From Syntrophobacterales bacterium (lineage in GTDB: Bacteria > Desulfobacterota > Syntrophobacteria > BM002), in contig JASFEM010000005.1 in the NCBI GenBank assembly GCA_050124835.1, forward strand, positions 2,264 through 66,263: 64,000 nucleotides of DNA. The letters are read 5' to 3'. The position numbers were made by a program, and so were the translations under genes. Positions 10,190 to 19,304 of this stretch are shown here, piece by piece. The number at the start of each line of letters is the position of its first letter. Within the stretch, counting starts at the first letter, position 1. Below the pieces are notes generated by a model. That model saw only the letters and a list, made by a program, of their open reading frames with translations, was not told the DNA's origin and did not search any database.

Positions 10190-10300
10190 CTAAGCGGTGA
10201 ACACACTCTTACACTGGGGACATGTTACTCGTTGCCCCTCTCTAACTCTGAGAAAAATTTTCTCTCTGCACCTTGGACAAACTCTAATTAACCGCAGCAT
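10190..10300 (-). CDS. 36-aa zinc-ribbon microprotein (not in ORF track)
   Basis: Hand translation MLRLIRVCPRCREKIFLRVREGQRVTCPQCKSVFTA*; two CxxC pairs; GGGAGG SD upstream. Confidence 0.7.
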   Translation of the reverse strand: MLRLIRVCPRCREKIFLRVREGQRVTCPQCKSVFTA

Positions 10301-10381
10301 ATTAGAGAGCCCTCCCGTAATCTCTCTTGGGTAAATTTGGGATGTCTCCCGAAGCTGACAATGAATTGCTCAGGAATTTCT

Positions 10382-10397
10382 TGCAAAATTCAAGCCA
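10382..10397 (-). promoter_or_regulatory. Putative sigma54 promoter for the microprotein and ihfA
   Basis: TGGCTTGAATTTTGCA (GG-N10-GC). Confidence 0.65.
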
Positions 10398-10523
10398 TAA
10401 CTAAACAGTAAGACCACAATTGTAGGGCTAGTAAAATGCTTACGGTCGTAGTATAGCAATTGAATACCTTACATATGTGTCGTACGCCGCAACAGAGGAC
10501 TAAACTTGAGGTAGAAAGACACC

Positions 10524-11414
10524 GTGATTAGAAAGGTGACATATTTATTGTGTATTGTTGTCTTCATCACCTACCAACCTCTCCAAGCTGGACAGGACGG
10601 TACTATCCAAACGGATCAAGTTATTCTTCTGTTTGATAAACCCCTAGAAATTGCTGCAAAAGATACTGCAAATATCTATCCCAAGATGAAGAGTGAACTG
10701 GAAAAAACTCTCAAATTGGGAGTCAATTTCAGACCAACAGTCCTGCTAACCAATAATCGAGAAAGATTTCTAGGGATGGCTGGAAGTAACTTCGTAGTTG
10801 CCTACGCGGTTCCCCAAAGAAACCTTATAGTGATCGACTACTCTCGGATGAATACACACCCCTTCAATCTCGGATCAATCTTGAAACACGAATTGTGTCA
10901 TCTGCTTCTTCATGATCACATTGGAACAGATAATCTGCCCAAGTGGCTTGATGAGGGAATTTCCCAGTGGGTAAGCGATGGCGTAACAGAGTTATTTATA
11001 AGCAGAAAGAAATCGGTTTTAAACGTTGCTGTCCTATCAAAAAACCTCTATGCCATTGAGCAGTTGAGTAACCGTTTTCCTGAAGGCCAGGATTCCCTAC
11101 TGCTGGCTTACGCGGAGAGCAAGAGTTTAGTGGACTATATGAGCAGCGAATTTGGTAGAAACTCGGTCCTGAATATACTCGTTCACCTTAAAGATGGCCA
11201 CAAAATAGATGCAGCAATCTTGAAGAGCCTTTCGATTTCACTGGATGAGTTTGAAAGCAGGTGGAAAAGCCACCTCAGGAAAAAGACCACTTGGTTTACC
11301 TATCTAGCAGATAATCTATATGTAATTCTCTTTTTCATTGGGGCCCTGATCACTGTAGCAGGATTTGTCCGGCTGGTATTAAGGAAAAGGCGGTATGAGG
11401 ATGAGGGTCATTAA
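10524..11414 (+). CDS. Peptidase MA-like zinc metalloprotease, exported with C-terminal membrane anchor
   Basis: HELCH (HExxH), LPKWLDEG, LAYAES; signal peptide and C-terminal TM helix. Confidence 0.85.
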   Translation: MIRKVTYLLCIVVFITYQPLQAGQDGTIQTDQVILLFDKPLEIAAKDTANIYPKMKSELEKTLKLGVNFRPTVLLTNNRERFLGMAGSNFVVAYAVPQRNLIVIDYSRMNTHPFNLGSILKHELCHLLLHDHIGTDNLPKWLDEGISQWVSDGVTELFISRKKSVLNVAVLSKNLYAIEQLSNRFPEGQDSLLLAYAESKSLVDYMSSEFGRNSVLNILVHLKDGHKIDAAILKSLSISLDEFESRWKSHLRKKTTWFTYLADNLYVILFFIGALITVAGFVRLVLRKRRYEDEGH

Positions 11415-11418
11415 CCAT

Positions 11419-11636
11419 GGGTCATTGGTCATTTGTCATTGGTCAAAGATAATAATAGGCAGGTGAAAAAAGGTTATTAGTTATACGTTATAGGTTATTA
11501 GGTTGTATTGGTTAATTACAACATGAGTAGCTATCAAAGAACTCTGAAGATGTTTGGTCATGTCTTTTCCGTATAACTAATAACGTATAACAAATAATCT
11601 CTTTGTGCTGAGTGCCTAGTGCTTAGTACCTAGTGT
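11419..11636. repeat. Composite heptamer-repeat element (GTCATTG, GTTATTA/TAATAAC arms, CCTAGTG) with ~80-bp unique core
   Basis: Core is homologous to 14915..15025; lies between convergent genes. Confidence 0.8.
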
Positions 11637-11644
11637 CGACTACT

Positions 11645-12307
11645 CTACACTGCTTCGTGTTCTTTTGCACCCAACTCACCTAATGAAATAAGTACTGCTA
11701 TGTTGGGATGGATCGCCAGGTAGAGTAAAGCGACCAAGGGAAAGTGAATCCAGAGAGGGGTGAGCAGTCCACATATAATGATGACCGTGGTGCGGCTTCC
11801 CTTGCCGGCGTATTCGGGCCGCCGATAGGCCAACTGGAGGCTAGCAGCGCGGGCGGTGGCATAGCTGACCTGGCTGGAACCCGCCGCGGCCAAAGCTGCG
11901 ATTAAGATGAGCCAGGCGGGAGTGAGAATGAATCCGCCCAATTTCAAATGTGTTGAATAGCGCAGGCAATGGAACAGAATGCCGAAGAGGAGGGAAAAGT
12001 CCATGTAGCGATCCAGTACCGAGTCGAGGAATGCTCCCTCAGAGCTTTCCGTTCCGGTGAGTCTGGCGACCTGCCCGTCCACTCCGTCCAGGACCTGGGC
12101 GATTGCAGCCAACACCCCCCCAGCCCAAGCAACACCGAATCCGAAGGCAACCCCACCACAGATCCCCAAACAGACGGCCAAAAGGGTAAGCACCATGGGT
12201 CGAACATTCGGCAAGACACGTACAAGAACAGTTGAGACAGGGGCCGACACATAGACTTTGATAAATCTCAGCACAAACCGATCAGTGGGTTTCGTTCTCC
12301 AGCTCAT
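11645..12307 (-). CDS. CDP-alcohol phosphatidyltransferase family protein
   Basis: DGVDGQVAR...GAFLDSVLDRYMD signature. Confidence 0.9.
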   Translation of the reverse strand: MSWRTKPTDRFVLRFIKVYVSAPVSTVLVRVLPNVRPMVLTLLAVCLGICGGVAFGFGVAWAGGVLAAIAQVLDGVDGQVARLTGTESSEGAFLDSVLDRYMDFSLLFGILFHCLRYSTHLKLGGFILTPAWLILIAALAAAGSSQVSYATARAASLQLAYRRPEYAGKGSRTTVIIICGLLTPLWIHFPLVALLYLAIHPNIAVLISLGELGAKEHEAV

Positions 12308-12387
12308 ATTTCCTTCCCTAGCTCCATCAAGATGCGCCCACCTTTTTTGGAATGACGTATTGGAAGTTGAACGCTGCCCGCTGGGTA

Positions 12388-13860
12388 CTAGTCATACAAA
12401 ATCTCCCAGTTGGCGTGAAAGGAACTGTCAATAAAACTGTATCTATATTCCATGGTCTTGCCCGTGCCCGGTGAGCTGCTTGACTCCGGCTGCCAGAATC
12501 TCAAATAGATGGCCGGCATGGGCCCGGCTTCTTCCCATTCCGCTCCTGGCGTTTTCAGCCAAACCTCCTTTTCCTCTATTATCTTCCAGATTGTTCCATA
12601 TCTCTTGCTTCTTATTTTTTCGCCAACCCTTGGCAGCTGCAATTTCTCTCGCAAGGTTTTGAATCGGTAGGTCGTAAGTTTCTCTTCTTTAAGAATGGGT
12701 TCACCCAGGAGCATAATGCCGATGGCACCAAGAGGGGCTGTCACCAGAATGCTGAGCACCGCCACGGCCAGGATCACCTCACCACCGGCCACCCCAGCCT
12801 CAAGTGGCACTGCGCCGATGGCGGCCTGAACGGTGGCTTTGGGGACATAAGCAACCACGCAAAAAAGTCTTTCCTTCCAATTGTAATCTGTACCCAAAAC
12901 CGACAAGTAAGTACCAATTGATCTGGCCACCAGGCCGATGAAAATAACCGCCAGTCCTGCCGCCCCTGCCTTCCAGGCCACAGATACATTCACCTGAGCG
13001 CCCACCAGGACAAAAAGCAGCAGTTCCGCGAAAACCCAAAGCTTCTTGAGCTTTTGGGAGATGAGGTGGGCAATGGCCTCCTCTTTTTCCAAGATGATGA
13101 ATCCGATGGCCATAACTCCCAACAAGGCAGCGATGGGTACCACATTATGGGCGATTTCCTCCAACCACATGAGACATATGGAAGTCCCGATAACGAGAAG
13201 GGTGCGTCGGGGCGGCTGCCAGTCGTATTTGAGGAAAAGTCGGTATAGTAGATAACCCGGAATCAGACCAACAATTATCCCCAGGATAATGGAGATGGGT
13301 ATGCCGGCCAGTTGCCAGGCGATATTCACTTTGTGGCCGCCATACATACCTAGAAAGATAGAAAAGAGGACAATAACAAAGACATCATCTACGGAAGAGG
13401 CCGCCAGGATCATGGTAGGAATGCCCTTCTTGGCCCCTTTGCCGCGCTCCATGAAATCGATCATCAGGGGCACGACCACTGCCGGGGAGACCGCTGCCAG
13501 AATGCTGCCCAAAATGGTGGCTTCGAGGAGGGAGAGTTTCAGGAAGTAAGGCGCCACCGCCATCACTGCTCCAATTTCAAAGATGGCCGGCACTGCTGAC
13601 ATGATGAGCGCCGTTTTACCCACGCGATGTAAGGTGTCGCGCCGCAGCTCGAATCCCGCCCGCAGCAGGATGACAATCAGGGCGATTTTTCTGAAGTCCG
13701 CAGAGACCTCCATCATTTCAGGCCGCATGAGACCTACGACGTGGGGGCCCACCAGAACTCCGACAATAAGCATCCCAACCAGGCCAGGAAGCTTAAATTT
13801 GCGGAACATGATATCCGCTGCCAGGCCGAAAACGACAATCAGTGCCAGGCTTATTGCCAT
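12388..13860 (-). CDS. Cation:proton antiporter (CPA, NHA-like) with C-terminal soluble domain
   Basis: About 12 TM segments; AAVSPAVVVP, ASSVDDV and PKATVQAAIG motifs; GGAGG before ATG 13860. Confidence 0.9.
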   Translation of the reverse strand: MAISLALIVVFGLAADIMFRKFKLPGLVGMLIVGVLVGPHVVGLMRPEMMEVSADFRKIALIVILLRAGFELRRDTLHRVGKTALIMSAVPAIFEIGAVMAVAPYFLKLSLLEATILGSILAAVSPAVVVPLMIDFMERGKGAKKGIPTMILAASSVDDVFVIVLFSIFLGMYGGHKVNIAWQLAGIPISIILGIIVGLIPGYLLYRLFLKYDWQPPRRTLLVIGTSICLMWLEEIAHNVVPIAALLGVMAIGFIILEKEEAIAHLISQKLKKLWVFAELLLFVLVGAQVNVSVAWKAGAAGLAVIFIGLVARSIGTYLSVLGTDYNWKERLFCVVAYVPKATVQAAIGAVPLEAGVAGGEVILAVAVLSILVTAPLGAIGIMLLGEPILKEEKLTTYRFKTLREKLQLPRVGEKIRSKRYGTIWKIIEEKEVWLKTPGAEWEEAGPMPAIYLRFWQPESSSSPGTGKTMEYRYSFIDSSFHANWEILYD

Positions 13861-14092
13861 AACCGTCCTCCGAGGATCATAAGAACAAGTAAGACAGGAT
13901 CTACCAGTAAAGACGAGGGTGAAGGTCTGGGCTATTCCGTCCGGTTCTGGACAAAGGGAGCAATCCGAAATCCGATGGTACACTTCAAACCTATCCGATG
14001 TAAAGGGCCAAAATTCTCATCCTAAGCTGTAGCGATGAGCCCTGTGGTCTTAGTCGGAGAAGTATTGCCTGGCCTTGGTATAGATGCTAAAA

Positions 14093-14137
14093 GGATTTCA
14101 GATTGCAGATTTTAGATTGCAAAATGTGGATTGCGAA
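14093..14137. repeat. Heptamer tract (GATTKCA/GATTTTA type)
   Basis: gatttcagattgcagattttagattgcaaaatgtggattgcg. Confidence 0.65.
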
Positions 14138-14788
14138 ATGGATACGCTTTCATTCAGATTCAAAGAGATCTACAAGCTTTTATGGGAGGCTTACGGACCC
14201 CAGCACTGGTGGCCGGCAGAAAGCCTTCTGGAAGTAATGGTTGGAGCCATATTGACCCAAAACACGAACTGGCAGGGAGTTGAAAAGGCCATGGCCTACC
14301 TGAAGCGGCATGATCTTCTCGCTCCGGATAAACTCCAGGCTCTGCCAGCTGAGGAGTTGGCCCAGCTTATTAAACCAGCTGGCTATTTCAACCTAAAAGC
14401 GCGTCGGCTTAAGAATTTGCTTGAATTTGTAACGGAAACCTACTCCGGTGACCTTGAAGCCATGAAGCAGGTAGATACGGGCCTCCTTCGAAAGCAGCTC
14501 TTGGCCGTCAACGGTGTGGGCCCGGAGACAGCCGACAGTATCCTCCTTTACGGTTTTCACAGACCCATCTTCGTAGTGGACAATTACACTCGGCGAATTA
14601 TCAGCCGTCACGGCCTTGGGGGAAACAAGGCGGGCTATAAAGAACTACAGGAGTTGTTCATGCAGAACCTGCCTTTGGACGCGTCCATGTTCAACGAATT
14701 TCACGCTCTCCTGGTAATGGTGGGGAAGCTGCACTGCCAACGAAAGCCACGCTGTGTGGGGTGTCCACTGGAGCCATTACTACCGTGA
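14138..14788 (+). CDS. Endonuclease III-related HhH-GPD DNA glycosylase
   Basis: PQHWWP, GAILTQNTNW, GVGPETADSILLY and C-terminal Cys cluster HCQRKPRCVGCPL. Confidence 0.9.
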   Translation: MDTLSFRFKEIYKLLWEAYGPQHWWPAESLLEVMVGAILTQNTNWQGVEKAMAYLKRHDLLAPDKLQALPAEELAQLIKPAGYFNLKARRLKNLLEFVTETYSGDLEAMKQVDTGLLRKQLLAVNGVGPETADSILLYGFHRPIFVVDNYTRRIISRHGLGGNKAGYKELQELFMQNLPLDASMFNEFHALLVMVGKLHCQRKPRCVGCPLEPLLP

Positions 14789-14797
14789 GCAATACAC

Positions 14798-15032
14798 TGG
14801 GCACGGCGGAAGGACGCGGGGACGCGGAGAAACGGTGAGACGGGGATTAAAGGACAGAGGACAGAAGGAACTAGGGACTAGGGACTAGGCAGAAAGAGAT
14901 TATTTGTTATTAGTTATTAGTTATTAGATTGTATTTGCTGGCTACAACATGAGCAGTTCTGAACGAACTCCAAAAATGTCAATCACGTCTCTTCCGTATA
15001 ACTAATAACCCATAACTAATAACTTCCCTTTT
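14798..15032. repeat. Composite repeat element (ACGCGGRG, AGGACAG, CTAGGGA, GTTATTA arms plus core)
   Basis: Stacked 7-8-mer modules; core homologous to 11490..11590. Confidence 0.8.
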
Positions 15033-15036
15033 GAAT

Positions 15037-16752
15037 TTATAATTTGCCTGAACGGTAAATGGAGATGATAAGCCAAACGCCTAGAACCGTGGCAATTACA
15101 TAACCGGATATGCCCAATAGGGCTGTAAGTGGAACTGCCTCGAGGCCAAGAAATTTAATACTTAAGACGAGCACTTTTTGGGCCGAATTGAGCACCAGGG
15201 CAGCAGCAAGGATGGAAGCAGAGATCACTATGCCGACGGTTAACCGGTTGAGACCCTTTTCCAGTTTTACATCAAATTGCTGGAAACCCTCATGCCAGAT
15301 CTCAACTCTTTGTTTCCCCTTGGCCACCTGCCTGAGTATGTCGTGGACAAACTTGGGCATAACCTTGGCGTATTTGCCTACATAACGGGTGTCTCTGCCG
15401 ATATTCCTGAACATCTTCTTGGCATCATAGCCGCGCTGAAGCAGCTTTTTCGCATAGGGTTTGGTGAAATCGAGTATGCTAACGTCACTTCCCTGAATCT
15501 TGCCAAGTGCCTCGGTCTGCACAAAGGTTTTCATGAGCAGCAAGAGATTCCGCGGCAACTGAATATGATACTTGAGGGCCAGTTGAATGATCTGGTCGTA
15601 GACATCCTTCACCGAGATGGACTGAAGTGAACGCCCGTAAAATGCCTCGCTCACATCCTTCAGATCGATGCGAAAGCTCTCTAGATCTATGGTTTCATCA
15701 TCTAGCAAACCCGCTTCCAGAAAAGCCTCAATCACCATATCGTAATCGTGTTCGGCATAACCCAGGAAGATGTTTGCTATCTGCCGCATCGCCTCCTCAT
15801 CCAGATATCCGGTAATGCCAAAATCAACTAGGCTCACGCGGCCGTCATGCATGACAATTACATTGCCGGGATGCGGGTCCGCATGAAAGAAACCAAATTC
15901 CATCAACTGCCGCGAAAAGGAGCGCAAGCCGACCAGGGCAATCTCCTTGGGATCAATGCCGTGGGCCCTTTGTTCTTCCACCTGATCCACTTTGAAACCG
16001 TCGATCCGTTCCATCACCAGGACGGACTTGGTGGTGTAATCCCAGTAGACCTTCGGTATATAGATTTCCTCAGTTTCTTTGAAGTTATGGGAAAACTTCT
16101 CGATGCTTCCCGCCTCGATGAGCATGTCCAGTTCTCTGAAAACCGTTCGCTCGAATTCACGTACCACATTGGTGGGAGCCAGAATGCGGCCCACATCGAA
16201 GGCTTTCTCAATCTTATCAGCTAGATAGTACATCAAGCGGATGTCTTCCCGAAGCCTCTTTGCAATACCGGGCCGGATGACCTTGACCACGACCCTTTCA
16301 CCGCCGGGTAAAATGGCATGGTGAGCTTGTGCCACCGAAGCAGCAGCAAAGGCTTCCTGATCAAATTTGACAAAAATCTCTTCGATGGGTCGCTTCAGCT
16401 CCCTTGTAATGACCTCTTGGATTTCGGTAATAGGAACGGGTGGTACCCTATCCTGCAATTTTCGAAGCTCCTCGATGTATTCGGGAGGGAAAATATCGGC
16501 CCGCGTACTCATCAGCTGTCCAAGCTTGACAAAGCTGGGACCCAAGTCTTCCAGTACGAGTCGAACGCGGCGTGGTGATAGTACGCCGGGCTTGAGCGGT
16601 ATCCCCTTCACCTTGGAGGGGTCGGCCCGCCTATCTTTCCGGCCTGCAATGCGCTCCACCACATCACCTAGGCCATGTTTGATCAGTACCCTGGCTATTC
16701 CTCCGATTCGCCTCACTCCCTTAAACCCAGCTGAAGCCTTCAATAGACTCAT
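15037..16752 (-). CDS. ABC1/UbiB/AarF-family atypical kinase
   Basis: LGPSFVKLGQ, AAASVAQ, VVVKV.RP, FHADPHPGN, DFG motifs; two C-terminal TM helices. Confidence 0.92.
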   Translation of the reverse strand: MSLLKASAGFKGVRRIGGIARVLIKHGLGDVVERIAGRKDRRADPSKVKGIPLKPGVLSPRRVRLVLEDLGPSFVKLGQLMSTRADIFPPEYIEELRKLQDRVPPVPITEIQEVITRELKRPIEEIFVKFDQEAFAAASVAQAHHAILPGGERVVVKVIRPGIAKRLREDIRLMYYLADKIEKAFDVGRILAPTNVVREFERTVFRELDMLIEAGSIEKFSHNFKETEEIYIPKVYWDYTTKSVLVMERIDGFKVDQVEEQRAHGIDPKEIALVGLRSFSRQLMEFGFFHADPHPGNVIVMHDGRVSLVDFGITGYLDEEAMRQIANIFLGYAEHDYDMVIEAFLEAGLLDDETIDLESFRIDLKDVSEAFYGRSLQSISVKDVYDQIIQLALKYHIQLPRNLLLLMKTFVQTEALGKIQGSDVSILDFTKPYAKKLLQRGYDAKKMFRNIGRDTRYVGKYAKVMPKFVHDILRQVAKGKQRVEIWHEGFQQFDVKLEKGLNRLTVGIVISASILAAALVLNSAQKVLVLSIKFLGLEAVPLTALLGISGYVIATVLGVWLIISIYRSGKL

Positions 16753-16898
16753 AATTATCTGCCTTTCCAATACCGTTGCTGTCTGCCCATTACAGTGTCT
16801 GGACACTTACCTGGCCCGGACGGGATCACCTGCTGATTTTTACACAAATAGAGGGTCCATATCCACTGGAAATTTAGAAGCAAGGTTAGCAAGGAGCA

Positions 16899-16932
16899 TT
16901 TAAGATTTTAGATTGTAGATTGCAGAATTTGA
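16899..16932. repeat. Heptamer tract (GATTKYA type)
   Basis: agattttagattgtagattgcagaatt. Confidence 0.6.
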
Positions 16933-16962
16933 TACATCGGTTGTTTCAGCCTTACTCAAATG

Positions 16963-16997
16963 AAAAAGGCGGAGTCAAAGACTCCGCCTGCTTTTTT
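16963..16997. terminator. Intrinsic terminator after the OmpA gene
   Basis: AAAAAGGCGGAGTC-AAA-GACTCCGCCT. Confidence 0.8.
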
Positions 16998-17020
16998 CTA
17001 CGAACGGATAGATTCCAGTG

Positions 17021-17587
17021 CTATTCAATTATCACAAGGGTAACCCTGCGATTCTTGGAACGTCCTTCCTCTATAGTATTGTCCGCAACGGGTTTGGACT
17101 CACCGCAAGAAAATCCATTCATACGCTGTAGAGGTATACCATGTTTCGTGTACAAATAGCCCATGGCTGCTCTAGCTCTGGCCAAGCCAAGATCGAAATT
17201 ATAATCATATTCGCCGAAGTCATCCGTGTGTCCTTGTAACTCAACAAAAACGTCCTTGTTCGTTTCTTTGAGAGAATTGGCAAAATCGTCCAGAGCCGAT
17301 TTGGCTTCCGTTGAAAGGGCATAACTGTCGAAAGCGAATCGGACAGCCCCGTCAAATTCGGTTGCGTCATAAAAACTGGCTCTGGTCAGTTGCTCTGCTC
17401 TCTCAAGAGCCATCTGGGGTGTGGTGCAGGGCTCTCTCTGCGCCACCTCCGGTTCAATTTCTACCGGGACAGTTTCTTCCTGAACCGCAACTGGTTCTTT
17501 CTGGACGGAGGCCTTGGTGGCACATCCCGTTACGATGAACATAACTAATCCTGCAACGGTGATGATGGCCATGAGGTATTTCTTCAT
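17021..17587 (-). CDS. OmpA/Pal-family peptidoglycan-binding lipoprotein
   Basis: Lipobox VTGC; F.FDS, GHTD..G...YN..LG..RA and NRRV motifs. Confidence 0.9.
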   Translation of the reverse strand: MKKYLMAIITVAGLVMFIVTGCATKASVQKEPVAVQEETVPVEIEPEVAQREPCTTPQMALERAEQLTRASFYDATEFDGAVRFAFDSYALSTEAKSALDDFANSLKETNKDVFVELQGHTDDFGEYDYNFDLGLARARAAMGYLYTKHGIPLQRMNGFSCGESKPVADNTIEEGRSKNRRVTLVIIE

Positions 17588-17719
17588 GACTGATTCTCCT
17601 CCCCTTTGGGTTCGCATTGCTCAAGTAGCAGTGTCGCAGCAAGCGTTATGCAAACAATGCGCGCGAGAGCTGAACGAGTACCTATGCTCCAACTGATTTA
17701 TTAACCAAGTTGAATCATT

Positions 17720-17735
17720 TGCAAAACATGTGCCT
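17720..17735 (-). promoter_or_regulatory. Putative sigma54 promoter of the OmpA gene
   Basis: AGGCACATGTTTTGCA (GG-N10-GC). Confidence 0.6.
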
Positions 17736-18065
17736 AACTTTAGTGCAACAGGAGATTCGTAGTGTTGAACTAGCGGGAGTCCAAGATAAAAGTCCTCTGC
17801 TGCGTGCGAATTCCCATTGAATTACAGTGGTTTCTGTCAAGCTTTTTCGTTGACTTCAACCTTGTAACCGTGGTTTATTTCCAATAGGGTGATGATCATA
17901 CGGCTATTAATTAAGGTGTATAATTACCAACATGGATTGCATTCTTTCGAGGTCTGTCAACGCAGTGGCTTGCTTGTGAAGAGAAGTTGCCAAACAGAAG
18001 AGCCCGCGCCCAGAGGACTTCTTTTGACCCCACAGTAAAAATCACCAATCAGAGGAGACAATAAC

Positions 18066-18479
18066 ATGGCTTCAGCTGATGCAGGCCGCCAGGGGCCCAG
18101 ATTCAAAGTCAAGTGGCCTGTCGAGGTAAAGACAAATCAAGGCTCCATGGACGGGGTGACTCTGGATCTTGGCACAGATGGCGCCTTTGTCCGTTGTGCA
18201 AAGCCCCTCAAGTTAAACGAAGTTTTTGATATCGTCATAACCGCACCCGACCAATTGATCGAAGCGACGGCTGAAGTCGTCTGGTCGAATATCCACGGCC
18301 CCGATGACGACATCACGCCGCGTGGCATGGGTTTGCGTTTTCTAAAGATTTCTGGGGAACACCGTAGGGTTATAGCCAAAGAAGCCTTGCAACATCTGGA
18401 TGCAAAGAAAATAGATTCCAGGGAGTTGGAGGCACTTCAGACGTTAGTCCTGGATATGGACGAGATCTCGTCAGAATAA
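18066..18479 (+). CDS. Stand-alone PilZ-domain protein
   Basis: RQGPR (RxxxR), DLGTDG (degenerate D/NxSxxG), AEVVW, GMGLRF. Confidence 0.9.
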   Translation: MASADAGRQGPRFKVKWPVEVKTNQGSMDGVTLDLGTDGAFVRCAKPLKLNEVFDIVITAPDQLIEATAEVVWSNIHGPDDDITPRGMGLRFLKISGEHRRVIAKEALQHLDAKKIDSRELEALQTLVLDMDEISSE

Positions 18480-18569
18480 TCCTTCGGGAAAACTTTATCT
18501 GCCTTAAGAAACTCCAAAAAGGAATAGTAAAAAGACCGCTACCCGACTGTGGGAGGGAGGTAAGACAGT

Positions 18570-19088
18570 ATGAAGAAATTCGGATACATGAGCTTGATCT
18601 TCTTGCTTACCCTGTTGCTGCTCACCGGATGTGAAACGACCCGCAATTTTACCGATTCAATTACTTCGGGCGGGGAAGAAACGTTGTTCGCTCAGGTGCC
18701 ACCTGACCAGCGTATTCAGGTCGAAAAGGCTGAATTCGATTTGAAGGTTGCCGAGGAAAGATTGGAACTCGCCAAATTGAAGACGGAGTTGGCCTCTTTG
18801 CAGGAAAAATATGCAGGATACGACAAAGAGGTGACCAACAAGTACCGAGAGGAGGCGGAGGTTAGCCTGGATCTTGCCAAATGGGAAGCGATAGACAGAT
18901 CAGGCTTGGGAGAAAAGGACAAGAATATAGACAATATTGCTGATCTCAAGTCCAAGAGACTAAAAATTGAAGCGGAAAGAATCAAGATCGAGGCCAAACG
19001 GGAAACTACTGAAAACAAAATCAACGACCTTGGCAGACAGATAAAAGAACTGGAGGAAAAAATCGACAATATGAAAATGGGGGATTAA
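18570..19088 (+). CDS. Coiled-coil lipoprotein
   Basis: Lipobox LTGC; E/K-rich heptad pattern. Confidence 0.8.
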   Translation: MKKFGYMSLIFLLTLLLLTGCETTRNFTDSITSGGEETLFAQVPPDQRIQVEKAEFDLKVAEERLELAKLKTELASLQEKYAGYDKEVTNKYREEAEVSLDLAKWEAIDRSGLGEKDKNIDNIADLKSKRLKIEAERIKIEAKRETTENKINDLGRQIKELEEKIDNMKMGD

Positions 19089-19124
19089 CCACACGAAGCT
19101 CCAGGCCCAGGCTTTGGGCTACCC

Positions 19125-19277
19125 AAGGTAACGGCTCAAGGTATAAGGCACAGGGCACAAGGCAAAAACAACCTGAGAAAGCTTATACTCTCCTTATGCC
19201 TTGCGCCTTGCGCCTTATACCCCTTCTGTTGGCAAAGCCATTAAGATTTGACCTGGTCCAGAGTACCGGGTTTTCTA
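19125..19277. repeat. Heptamer inverted-repeat element (CAAGGCA/TGCCTTG) followed by a 51-bp dispersed repeat
   Basis: aaggtataaggcacagggcacaaggc ... gccttgcgccttgcgccttatacc. Confidence 0.75.
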
Positions 19278-19304
19278 TGATTAATAAATTATGGAGGTGC
19301 TGTC

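Noticed and set aside
13861-14080. Possible Na+/Li+/fluoride riboswitch upstream of the antiporter
   Set aside because: A hairpin exists near 14016..14040, but I could not match the nhaA-I, DUF1646 or crcB consensus; an Rfam scan would be needed.
14084-14137. N-terminal extension MLKGFQIADFRLQN of the endonuclease III ORF
   Set aside because: It is translation of a GATTGCA heptamer tract; the start at 14138 fits the family better.
17640-18060. c-di-GMP riboswitch upstream of the PilZ and OmpA genes
   Set aside because: No GEMM core (GGCAAAC..GAAA..GACGCAAA) was found on either strand by eye.
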